A stretch of 64,000 bases of DNA from Callorhinchus milii (Eukaryota): the NCBI RefSeq assembly GCF_018977255.1, contig NW_024704742.1, positions 21,578,001 to 21,642,000 on the forward strand. The letters run 5' to 3'. Position 1 is the first letter of the stretch. Each line of letters begins with the position of its first letter. This document shows positions 1 through 11,639 of this stretch, piece after piece. The notes under the pieces are model-generated. The model was not told where the DNA came from. It saw nothing but the letters and a program-made list of their open reading frames with translations, and made no database searches. The position numbers and the translations under genes are program-made.

Positions 1-300
1 GAGGCGACTCAGCATGAGAAAACTTTATGAAACATTTATAAAAGTAATAAACTCGGGAAGAATTTCTCCATTAACCAGAAAGAAAACCGACTTAGCCGGT
101 CTGAACAGCACTGAGCGAACAGTGCTCCGTGCGTACCAGAGACATAGGCAATTGCACTGTGCTTCGCGAGCAATGTGCCGTGGGAGAATTTCTCGAGCTG
201 TCATCCGCGTTACGGGAAGCACATGATGTTTCCTGCACACTCGGAGCAGGACAAGTGGTGACCATTGGAATGGGACGATTGGCAGCAGCAGTCAGCTTAT
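1..300. promoter_or_regulatory. CpG-rich promoter/enhancer-like segment, possibly the promoter of a minus-strand gene leaving the window to the left
   Basis: CpG much denser than in the rest of the window; TATAAA readable on both strands at 35-44; TTACGGGAA (STAT GAS/SIE type) at 210-218; repeated GGGA(A)GAATTTCTC at 55-68 and 182-194; two ATTGG (minus-strand CCAAT) at 264-268 and 278-282. Confidence 0.4.
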
Positions 301-321
301 TGTGCCCATGTATATGTGTGT

Positions 322-363
322 AGGGAGGGAAGGAAGGAAGGAGGGAAGGAGGGAGGAAGGGGG
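322..363 (+). repeat. (GGAA/GGGA)n simple repeat
   Basis: Direct reading. Confidence 0.9.
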
Positions 364-600
364 CAGAAATATCCCAGCAAAAATTCAAAGAAAGAAATTA
401 CGTTTTATGTCAATCAATGAAATTCACGTGTTTGTATTGCATCTTTAAATAACTGCGGTAGCGATCTACAACAATGATACAGTTACGATAGTGATAAGGT
501 TACAATTTTCACTCTCATACAGTACCCATATTTTTGCTTAAAGAGTTGGCAGGTAAAGGGAAAGTTCACACTCAACTTCCACATTTTGTACTATGCTTAC

Positions 601-736
601 TCAGCCTGGCTCAGTTGGTAGCACTCTCGTCCACAAAATACACAGTCACTCCACTTTATTTGTATCCTGTGAAGTGATTTGAGACTTCCTCCTGACATGA
701 AAAGATACTACGTCGAATGCAAGGATTATCATTATA
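601..736 (+). mobile_element. SINE family B, head fused to tail (internal deletion)
   Basis: tcagcctggctcagttggtagcactctcg head followed directly by the shared tail ending aatgcaaggattat. Confidence 0.7.
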
Positions 737-3336
737 TCAAATATAAGGATTCTCATTAAGGATTATTAAACTGTGACATTAGAATGATAAAACTACACAG
801 ATTATTTATTATTGAAATATCGATGCTTAGGTTCGAATTTTGAAGCTATAACTATGTGTAAATAAAATATATGTTAATAAAGGGAATTTTGGTTGCTCTT
901 CTGAAGGTATTTAACAACCAAAGAATTATAGAATCAGTAATCCTTTTCTAAGGTTGCAAATAGAAGGGAACCATTAATTCCTTATTTACACACTTTTTTC
1001 ACAAATTATTTACACAACCCTCAAATTAGACCTCATTATGCACTTAATGCTGTGGTTATACTGCCCTGAGCAGCATAGCAATGTGGAGCAGGAAGCCAAG
1101 TTTATACTGCTTGTTCCACATCACTTTCAATCGGAGGCAGGAAAAAAAAACAATTGGGTATTGGTTACCTAACGTTATTAAAGAGACAGAAATCTTTAAA
1201 CAGATCATTGGGGAGTGACCCAGGGCACTGTGCAGCAGAAGGGTCAATACCTTAGTGGATTCGAATCTCTCCGCTCACGATGCCAGCTCTCAAGATGTTG
1301 ACAAGGGCCAGGACTCCAGCAGTGTTCATCCTATCTCAGCCTCCATTTACACTGCACATTCACTAGTAAATCATTGCACAAGCAAGTCAATTTACCACCA
1401 AATATGCCCTGTAAATGCAGGAAAATATAAAACCAAAGTAACGCCAGTCCTTGTCCTCTTTTCTTTTTCCCCAGTCAATCTCTCTTTTTTTAAGTTCTTC
1501 CTTGTCCATTTTAATTAATTTAGCTATTTAATCTATCTAACAGTTCTACTGCTTATTGTGTGAAACAAATACTATTCAAAGCTTTGGAAAGATGATCCAA
1601 AGGTTGCCTTAGCCATTCGTACATCAAGATGAAACCCGTTTGCATCAATAGACAAGTCAAATAAAAAAAACTTGTAATTTATATAAGCGGCTTATCAGTT
1701 GCATTGTCTAGATTTCTCAAAGCTTCACAGAATTTTACTGTAATGTGTAGTTACTGTGTATTACTGTGTATTTGCAGACAAATTGTGGCACAGGTTAAGT
1801 GCTAAACAGACACCTGCAAGTTAGCTAGACCCATGGGACTGGCAGCCTGAATACATCCAGCAAAACAGCAAAATTCACCCCCTCTGTGGGAAGGATTAAT
1901 TCCATTTGTGAATGACTGAATGCTATTCTGGATTAGGTGTGTAGTGTCTAAAAGTGCCATCTTTTTATCTAATATATATAGATTTGTTGTACCTGCTGCT
2001 GATTTTGCCCTGCTCCCCGGGGAGGGGAAACATTTCATCATGAGAAACATTTAAAGAGCAGAAATAGCAGACTCTTAAAATTTATTTTTAAATGACCTTA
2101 CTATCAAAAATTTTTATTTCATGCAGTGAGGTTTATTATATGTGAAACCAGAACCATTGTTGTGTCTAATCCCAAGAGCCGATCTATAGTAAATAATCCC
2201 TTGAATTCCTATTTAGTCCCATACAAGCAAATGTCTTGAGCCACGGACTGGCCATAGCAGACATTTTTGTGGTGAAAGCATTAAACCCACGTGCAGTTTT
2301 CTTTCTGTGGTCATGGGAGAGGAAGGTGGTGGGGGGGGGAGGGGGAGGGTTGTGCTCCTTTCCCATTAGTTGAATAAATCATAAAGTTTCCAGACCACAC
2401 AAGGAGTTTGAAGGGCGAGCCACACGAACAGCCGTATCCTGTCATTTCTATCGGAATACAGAAAAAAGAAAAACAAAAACGGGGAACTAGTTGGTAAAAC
2501 CACTGGAATTTTCATTTTCCACAACGAGTGAACACAGTTTTATTTTGGGAATGACAAGAACGGAGCCCTTTGTAAAAATTGTAAGAATTATATGCATTAT
2601 CCACTTCATACTTATTAAGTCATCTTAACCGTTCGGAGTTGGATTCTGTCCGCAATGGTTGAAAATAATGTAAAGGGAGAGAGAGAGAGAGAAAACCTTC
2701 TCAGACGAAGACATTCAGCTGCTGCCAATGAAAGCGTTTCTTCACTGTGTCAGATTGCGACTAATTGCAAATTCATTAAATAGAACCAAACAAACTGTCC
2801 CACTTGTTGGGTCAAATGATTCATTGCGCCAGTGGCAATAATGAGTTTGTGAGGTCTGGCCGAGTGACAAGACTTGCTGTACAGTTAGTTCCCATCAATC
2901 AGGAAATGAGATAAGAGACAAAAATGTAAAATTCGCCACCAACATGCAAACCTTAACATTCCCTGCAGATGACCAATGACTGTGTCCTTAACACTGCAAA
3001 CGAGTGTGTAGCATAGCTGCGCAAAGCTTTAGGAATTCTTGGCACATCAGCACACCAGCCTGCCTCAGCAGTGCACGTTTAAAACGGGATATTCCCCATT
3101 CACAACCTCACCCTGTGCCCTGTGGTCGGTACGTTAACCCGACAAAGGAAAATACTGTTCCCATTCATGTTTATAGCAGGCGGTGTAGTGCTTTCACAGC
3201 ATAACTGGATGAGAAGGTATTTTAATGGTTGTAACAATCTGACGGCAGAAGTGTCAACAGGAAGATGAAGCCACAGCAACCGATTAGCACATTCACTTTC
3301 CTTGGGTTCACAGCTCAACCGCAAATAAACAACGCC

Positions 3337-3590
3337 AACAACAGCATGCACTTATATAGTGCCTTTCACATAGGAATAATGTCTCAAAGTGCTTGCCAAG
3401 AGCCGGAGTGGGAGCTAGAGGTGGTAGGTCGGAAATGGCAAAGGTACAGTCAAAGAAATTTGTTTTAATATGAGTTTTGAAGTCAAAGAGGGAGCAAGCG
3501 AGGTGGAGGGATTTAAGGAGAGAGTTCCAGAGAGCGGGACAAAGTGTCTGAAAGCTCATTCGCCGATGGTAGGAAGGAGTGGGTGGGGTA
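3337..3590 (-). mobile_element. L2 LINE 3' end
   Basis: (CAA)n tail on plus strand; minus ORF 3308-3634 contains LWNSL...FKTHIKT, like the L2 ORF2 C-terminus. Confidence 0.75.
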
Positions 3591-3607
3591 AATGAAGCAG
3601 AGAAACA

Positions 3608-3905
3608 CAACAACAAATTACATTTGTACAGCACCTTTCATGTCGGAAGGACATCCTGAGTTGGCAGAACGCAGGGAGTGAGCACGGGATTGGGCCACCG
3701 GAGATCACAGAAATAGGGATGGGGCAAGGGCATGGAGTCATTTGGAGGTATCAGCAAAGATTTGAAGTCAATCCATAGGAAGTCAGTGGACAAGGACAGG
3801 AGTGGCGTTCTCACAGAGCCTAGGGTAAGAGATAGTGTGGGTTGCACAATGCTGGCTGATCTGGTACTACAGGAGCGAAGAGCTGGGACAGCGAGTGAGC
3901 GGGGC
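3608..3905 (-). mobile_element. L2 LINE fragment with tail
   Basis: L2 tail plus reverse complement of the WIDFK segment. Confidence 0.65.
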
Positions 3906-4156
3906 TAATTCACCAACACACGGTATTGAGAGATGCCTTACTGACGTATTTTTTCCCCCCAGTTTCAAACTTAATATAAACCTAAGACAGCAGAGAACTG
4001 GAAAAGGGCATTCAGCCCATCAAAGCTCACTTCTTTCATAGCCAAACAAAACCTACTCCACTGGGGACTTCTTCCCATCACGCCAATTCCACTGCGGAGA
4101 CACTCCCAGATCCCAAGAAACTCCAGAATAGTCATCCATCCCACATCTCACTATTC

Positions 4157-4270
4157 AAACAACAACAACTTGCATTTATATAGCGCCCTTCATGCAGAGC
4201 AATATCCCGGAGGTCTTAACGATGGCAGAGCCTGATGCTGAGCTGGGGGGAGGAAGGAGGTGATCGTAGG
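4157..4270 (-). mobile_element. L2 LINE 3' end, left part of an interrupted copy
   Basis: (CAA)n tail; aligns to the reverse complement of 4845-4954. Confidence 0.8.
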
Positions 4271-4954
4271 CCAGTTATCCTTCCTTCCCCACATCCGGTC
4301 CCTGACCAGCACTGCTTTCTTCCACCTTCGCCACATTGTCTGCAACAATACCTCACCCCAAAAGCTGCTGAAACTCTTGTCCGTGTCTTTGTCACCTCTC
4401 GGCTGGACTACTCTAACGGCCTCATCGCCGGTCTTCCCTCCTCCACTATTCACAAAATTCAGATCATTCAAAACTCCGCCGCCCACATTCTCACCCGCAC
4501 CAAACTTCATACTCCGATTACTCCAGTCCTTGCCAAACTCTACTGTCCCCCTGTCACAGAGTGGATCAACTTCAAGATCCTCATTCTAGTGTTTAAATCC
4601 TTCCATTCCTTGGCACCCCCCTATCTCTCTAACCCCTCTCCCCATAGCAGTACCCGCTGCCTCCGCTCTACTGAGTCCGGCCTTCTCCGTGTCCCCCGAA
4701 TCCTCCGCTCCACCATCGGCGGCCATGCCTTCAGCCACTACATCCCGAAACTTTGCAACCCCCTCCCTCAACTCCCTTGCCTCGCCCCCTCCTTCCCCAT
4801 CTTCAGGTCGTGCCTGAAGACCTTCCTCTTCAACAGCTCCTACAGTCACCTTCCCCCTCCCCCTGGCTCGGCCTTGGGCTCCACCATTATTAAGCGCTCT
4901 GAGATGCCGTCCAGTGTGGAGGGTGCCATATAAATGCAAGTTGTTGTTGTTGTT
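4271..4954 (+). mobile_element. 5'-truncated L2 LINE (ORF2 C-terminal part, 3' UTR, (TTG)n tail)
   Basis: ORF 4235-4933 with TSRLDYSNGL, IQNSAAHIL, WINFKILIL motifs; tail ataaatgcaagttgttgttg. Confidence 0.92.
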
Positions 4955-5200
4955 AGCACGGTGGAAGAGGAAGATCTTCAGTCATGATCTAAAAGAGGGT
5001 AAGCAGGGGCAAGGCAGAGGGATTGAGTGAGTGAGTTCCAAAGTTTCAAGGTGTAGTGGCTAAAAGCATGGCCATTGATGGTGGAGAATAGGGGAGAATG
5101 AGGACAGCCAGCTGAGAGAAGGCAGCGGGGTAGTGGAGTGGGGAGAAACTAGGTCGGAAAGGTAAGGAGCTGCCAGGGCGTGAAGGGATGTGTAGACAAA
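4955..5200 (-). mobile_element. L2 LINE, right part of the copy interrupted at 4270
   Basis: Resumes at the consensus position where 4157-4270 stops (tagg | agc..gaagaggaag). Confidence 0.75.
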
Positions 5201-5239
5201 CTTGGGCTCCACAGACAACAGAGGTGTAGCAGCAGAAGA

Positions 5240-5475
5240 AATGGGGACAGATTCAGGGTTGTGAAGGGCAATTTCAGAACAGACATAAGGAAATATGTCT
5301 TTACACAGAGAGTATGTAACTGGAATGGGTTAGGAGCAAAGATGGTTGAGGCTAGAATCCTGAGCTCATTTAAGAAACAGCTTGATGTTTTGATGGGAGG
5401 ATAATGCGCTGAGTATTCTGGAAAGATGAGAGCAAATGGGCTGAAGGGTCATCTTCACCTGAATCGTGTGATTTT
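5240..5475 (+). mobile_element. CR1 LINE 3' end
   Basis: FRTDIRKYVFTQRV..WNGL...SFKKQLD, typical CR1 ORF2 terminus. Confidence 0.85.
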
Positions 5476-5524
5476 TTTGAGTAGATTAATAAACTTTGTA
5501 TTAGGAATATTCATTTCAGGTCAT

Positions 5525-5636
5525 TTCACCCACAAACACAGTCAATTCATTTTACAATATATTCTGTGAAGCGCTTTGAGACATTTCAATGATGTGATAA
5601 GAAGCTATATCAAATGCAAGGATTACTATTATTATC
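5525..5636 (+). mobile_element. SINE 3' tail fragment (A/B)
   Basis: gtgaagcgctttgagac...tatcaaatgcaaggatta(tta)n. Confidence 0.8.
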
Positions 5637-7002
5637 ATAGGAAATGCTATAGACTACAAATACAACTTTTACCATATCCTTCCATATTGTTCAAGTTGGA
5701 CCAAAAATATTTTACTTCACACACCTGCACCCTTGCAGCTATTTTGTGCGCTGTTTATAAAATTATTATTGCACAAAGAAGAGTTGGGAACCAACACTAA
5801 ACAAGTCTTGCAATTAGCTTTGTCTATCAAAAGTATTTTACCAAAAGTTGACACAAACAATTTAAATTAATGACATGATTCGACAATTAAGTGCAAAGTT
5901 CAAACATTGTCCCCCATTCGATAATATTTAAACAAGGTGTGTGAATATCATGTTTGTAACTTTTGTAAGATCTTGCATGCCAAGCTGACTTACTCAATCC
6001 TTGATAGACCCATTGATCTAGGCCTTTACACAGTACATTTCATTTGGTATATAGCAGGGCAGACACATATCAACATCTCACTGGTGGTTCCAAATGCTCT
6101 AAACAAGAACAAGGGAGCACTGAACCTCCCATGTAAACTTTGTACAACAGTTTTAGCAGAACAGTAATTATTTACAAAGTAATAGCATAAGCAGTCTCTG
6201 GGATTTACATCATTGCCACAATTTCTTTTGGGGGAAAAAAACTGCTTCAATACCAGGCAAAACGTCAGTGGCTGAACTGGAATATTTTTAACCCAGCAAC
6301 ATATGAGAAGAATTTATAGGTCTTGTATGTATATGTGTCAGATGCAACAGAAATGGGTTCTGGTTATGTGCACTGAAAGAATCTGGGTTTGGGTTACACG
6401 AGTGAAGAGCTGTATTAGTTCTCAGCCGGTCCACCAGATGGTGTGTTCCACCAGAAGAAACAAAGGCACTGGGTTCATCTCATTCCAGGTAAACTCACCT
6501 TCTTACAGACTTCCTCACAGATGGAAGAGTATGGGGAAATCCACAGTCTACAACAGTGCTTCGAGAGGCCTATGGAGGTTCGTCACTGAGAAATGAGATC
6601 CACAGATTTAGGGTCCGTAAAATCATCTTTACATTTAAGTTTGAATGTTTTAAGTAAAAACAACAACAAGATTCAACAACAATAAGATTACATTTGTAAT
6701 CGGGAGGACGTCCCAAGGCATTGTCCTGTTTAACTATTGTTTCTTGGGACTATAGGGACATGTCTCCCATCTGAAACCAGGAAATTGTGAAAAAAGAGCA
6801 TCTACCATCATTAACACAAAGTCACATCATATTTTTCCCTACTCATAACATCACCACATTTTTAAATATAAGGAAATCACAATCAAACAGTCAAACACCA
6901 ATTTTCTTTTATTTTCATTCCGAAACTGTCACCCATATTAATACTTTAAGAAAATGTGATTGCAGTGTTTTCCGCACAGATTTATTTCTATGTCAAATGT
7001 GG

Positions 7003-7354
7003 TTAGCTCAGTGGTTAGAACACTCACCTCGCAAGCGAGAAATCTGGATTCTATTCCCGGCAGGGTGAAATGCTGGGCAAGTTTCCTGACTCCACACGTC
7101 TCTGCTTACCTAGCAGTAAGTAGGAATCTGGTTATTAGTGGATTGACGGATTGCTTTTCCGGGGTTAATAATTTCTTCAAAAAATAATAATAATAATTAA
7201 TTTGTCACTTCAATCCACGACTGTTTGTGAGACATTGCTGTGTGCAACTGGTTGCCACGTTTCACCCACAAAATAGACAGTCAATTCACTTTAAAGTATG
7301 TTATGTGAAGTGCTTTCAATTGCATCTATATCGATTGCAAGGATTATTATTATT
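7003..7354 (+). mobile_element. tRNA-derived SINE family A, near full length
   Basis: Box A tagctcagtgg, tRNA-Ala-like arm, conserved body and L2-like tail; matches copies at 11281, 15102, 46474, 52369. Confidence 0.9.
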
Positions 7355-8130
7355 AAATACTGGATCCATAAAGAACGTTGACATAAAATAGGCTCAACAC
7401 TTCAGGTAAGATATGATTTGCCCTTAACAGTCCTTTTCCCAGAGTGTCCAGTGCCTTGGGACATCCTCCCTACATGGAGGCACTATGCAAATGTGATTTG
7501 TTGTTATATATTCTGTGCATATGCAGCAATTGGATCAATTTAGTGATAGATTTGATATTTATGCAGATATGTCAGCAGAAAAAATTGGACATTCACTTCA
7601 GAACTTTATCTCATTAACCATACATTTAGTCAACACCTTGAAATCCCTCATTTCACAACTCAGCATCCACCATTTGTCAAGAGCTTCCTTTTATATGGAA
7701 GGCACTATATAAATGCACATGTAATTTTCAGGGGAATCAAAGATGAGGAAAAGAGGCAAAATGTCATTGGTAGTGACCGGGCACCAAGCAATATCATTCA
7801 TACATAGATTATAAAAAGGTTGTTATGGATCTGACCAGAGGAGCTGGAAGAAGGCTGGTCTAAGACAATACATGAAGAATGATCTGTGTTGGTTGCTTTT
7901 AATTTATTATAAGTCCAAAATAGAGATCAGTACAAAATCACTTTCTTTGTGTACAATATTAAAAGAGTCAGGATCACCCTATGATACTGTAATTAATTTA
8001 GCAGCGTTGTTTGCACCTCCAGTCCATGTTCAATGAATGTAACCTCCATAGTCTACAGCCACCAGATACAATACATCTGATCGCAGCCTCCAATCCTGGA
8101 GACCAAGTTGTCAGTGAGAGATATTTCAAA

Positions 8131-8335
8131 CTACAAACACAAAATACTGCAGATGCTGGAAATCTGAAATAAAAACAGAAGTCGCTGGGAACATTCAGCA
8201 GGTCAGGCAGCATCTATGGAGAGAGGAAAGTGAGTTAACGTTTCAGGTCGATGACCTTACATCAGCATTCACTTTTCTCTCTCCATAGATGCTGCCTGAC
8301 CTGCCGAGTGTTCCCAGAGACTTCTGTTTTTATTA
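8131..8335. mobile_element. Palindromic Penelope-type retroelement remnant with hammerhead-like motif
   Basis: 66-bp inverted arms 8168-8233 / 8269-8334 with 4 mismatches; 10-bp flanking direct repeat atatttcaaa (8121-8130, 8336-8345); minus-strand CTGATGt-a-aggtc-atc-gacct-GAAAC-GTT in the spacer. Confidence 0.75.
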
Positions 8336-8912
8336 ATATTTCAAAGTAATTTACTTAGCTGTGGATGCTGTGAATAGCTCTGATCGTCACATTTTCCATG
8401 TACCCGTTTCTGTGTGATACTGATGGAGATTTGATCGTCAAACGTGATGATCTGTGCTGATAATCACTTGTGGATGGCACATGATGTGGAATGTAACTAT
8501 AGACTTTTTCGAAAGCCACCCTCATACTTGGGCATAGCCCTCTCCTATCCTCTACGGAAAGTGGCACATGTGGAAACACTGTGCCTTTTTCCATGGGTGT
8601 TTGTTTTTATGAGTTTGGTAACAACAAATACATCAACATATTTAGAGGCTCTCATATCATTAGTTTGAAAAGTAGCTTTTTTTCTGTAAATGGGTGCAGC
8701 TGAACCTGAATAATACTTAAGTTTCAACTATTCACCAGGACAGTGGATCATGGTGGAGAATCAAGGTTCTGCTGTGTAGTTCCAAGTTATCCTTTTTAAA
8801 ATACAGACAGATCTTTTGGAACGTCTGCCAAGTTGCGGAGTTAATCGACTTAAACAGAATAAAAATGCTTGAACTTCAAACTTGCAGTCCATTTGCGTCA
8901 ATCCTATTGCAA

Positions 8913-9475
8913 GAACAACAAATAGCAATTACATAGTGTCCTTCACGTGGGGTAGGGTCTCAGAGCGTGTAATAGTGGCAGAGCTTGATGCTGAACCAGG
9001 GAGAGAGGCAAGGTGACCATAGAAGAGGAAGGTCTTCAGTTGCAATGAGAAGGCAGGTAAGTAGGGACAAGGGGCAGCGATTGAGGCAAAGAGTTCCAGA
9101 GTTTCGGGGCACACTGGCTGAACACAACACAGAGGGTGGAACGGAGGGGGCAAGGGACTTGCAGGAGGCTGGAGCCAGCGGAGTGAAGGAGGCAGGTGGA
9201 GAAGTGGAGTGGTTGTAAGTAGGTCGGAAAGGTAGGGAGATGCTAGGGAATTAAGTGATTTGTACTTGAGTGTGAGGATTTTGAAATCGATCTGTTCTGT
9301 AATAGGGAGCCAGTAGAGCCTGGGAAGGACTGGGGTGATGGGGGTTCAGAGTTTAGTGCAGCTGAGGATGCAGGCCATGTAGTTTTGGATCAATCGGATT
9401 TCATAAGTGGCGAAGCTGTGGAGACTGGCAAGGAGGGCATTGTAAAAAAAATCCACTGGGAATGTGGAGAGCTTG
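8913..9475 (-). mobile_element. L2 LINE 3' fragment
   Basis: Minus translation LKTFLF; reverse complement of the IDFKIL and IQN segments; L2 tail. Confidence 0.8.
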
Positions 9476-11199
9476 GAAAATATACCGCCCAGTACAATTG
9501 AAGAGGTGGGAAATATAGCTAAATGCTGTATACAGTTAAAAATAAAAAATAAATTCAGAACAATGTCATGCAAGGACTGTGCTGAAAGGCAGGTCACTAT
9601 GAGGAGTGGTGGAGATGGATGGTGGGAGAGGAGTTTTGCATTGCTTCTGAAAACAGCTGAAAATACCTTCCCACAACTAGAATATTTGGGGCGGGGGGTT
9701 GGGGAGAAAACAAACAAAACCCGCAATCCCTTTGCAACTGGGCATCAGCGTAGAAACATCCGTCACAACCACAAGAACTCAGCAATCATCATTTGTGGAA
9801 AATAGTCACCCAAATGGCCTTAGGTAGTTGCACATGTTTTCGAAGACATACCCAAGCCCTTTATGTAATAAGTAGTAACAGATCATCTGGTGCAATAGCT
9901 GACAACCAAAAGCCTCTGCAGTTGAACCCTGTCTGCTTGTTAAACCTCTGTAGCCACAACAAGGTGCTGCATAAATGTATAGCCAAAGTGTGACTAATTT
10001 CATGTTGTTGAGTAGCTACACTGCAAATTGAACACCAACATTAGATAGTGTAACACAATGTCAGTCCTGGTCATCGCACAATAACGCATTGTCAGTCCTA
10101 TTTATTCTTGTAATGCACTTTTCTGACAATATTTTCATTTTCCAATGTCAATGCTGGAAGATGAGGAAGGTTTCTAGCTGAGAATACTTTGATGAAACAA
10201 ATGTCAATATGCCAGCTAAAGAGCACCCTCATATTGCACGAACCAGACTTTTAACTAATTATTGAGAAACACTTTGCCTGGTGAACTGTTTTCACGTCAG
10301 TGTCTACTCTGTAAGAAAAATGAATAAACCCTTCTACAAATTTCCTGAAACAGGAAATTCTGCATTCTGGGTTTCATCAGCTACATTATGTTACCTAGAC
10401 ACAGCTTTATTACCTTACTTAATAGCTATATTCAATCCTACAGACTTATTCACAACATTGTTATAACACAATTTACTCTATTTGTTGACAGTGGTCACTG
10501 TGCTTTTTTCCCACTGCTGTTTTCTGGTGATTTATAATCAGACGTTAATATTCCCATCAATCCATCAGATTGCTGCCAAAGACGATGGATGCTAGGATTG
10601 ATGAGATTTAGATTGAAAATCTGAGAGTTTGAAAGCTCTCTCCCATGGGCACACCTCCTAATAGAGAATCCTCCATTTGTGGCCCCCTTCCTCCTTTTCA
10701 TCTCTCTCTCCTCCAAATTATAATACAACAACAGCTCCATGCATTGCTTAAGTCTCGCTTTGCCAAAACTGCGGGAGATTGCAGAGTTTGTAGACTTTAC
10801 GTCTACTCAAACCATAAATAGCCCCATGTTTGGTCAGCCTCAAAAGCTGTGGAAAGTGGCAGCTTTTACTAGTGTAATTGGCTTTCTGCATCAATGTGTC
10901 TTCATTGCTTTTTAATAAACAGGTCTTATTTATAACTTGGCTTATAACAACCCACATGCAAATTATGTGGGTTGGGTTAACCGTGTGCAAAAGGCTACTT
11001 GGAGAAGGAATTGCAAATGTCCTCGATTATGTAATTTACAATCAATGTAATGAATTATACAGTAGAATCACTGTTTTCATTGTTTTGATTTACTTAATTT
11101 GGGGCCATATGCAACGTTCTTTTTCCACGACTATTCCTACCTGCATATTTTGCACATAGATTGTTAAACTTACCCGCTTGACAATGATGATGACGGCTA

Positions 11200-11262
11200 C
11201 AATAACAACAACTTGTATTTATATAGCGCCCCTCACCTAGGGTAGCATTCCAGAGAGCTTTA
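11200..11262 (-). mobile_element. L2 tail-only insertion
   Basis: caacaacttgtatttatatagcgcc. Confidence 0.65.
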
Positions 11263-11280
11263 ATATAATATAATTCAAGA

Positions 11281-11635
11281 TAATAACAATCCTTGCATCA
11301 GATATACCGTCTTATAACCTCTTCGAGATATCTCAACGCGCTTCACAGAATATACTGTAAAGTGAATTGACTGTATATTTTCTGGGCGAAAAGTGGCAAC
11401 TAATTGTGCACAGCAGTGTCCTACAAACAGTCGCAATTAACAGAAATGTTAATGGGATTATTACCCCCGGAAAAGTGATCTGCCAATCGACTAACAACCG
11501 GGTTCATATTTACTGTTAGGTAAGCAGAGGCGTGTGGAATAAGGAAACTTGCCTAACATTTCGCCCTGCCGGGAATCAAACCCAGGTCCTCTCGCTTGCA
11601 AGGCAATTGCTCTAACCACTGAGCTACAAGACTCC
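11281..11635 (-). mobile_element. SINE family A, full length
   Basis: Reverse complement of the family A consensus including head ggagtc.tgtagctcagtggttagagc. Confidence 0.9.
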
Positions 11636-11639
11636 AATA

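Noticed and set aside
1081..1121. Hairpin as pre-miRNA or SECIS
   Set aside because: The stem is only about 15 bp, there is no SECIS core, and I recognise no mature miRNA.
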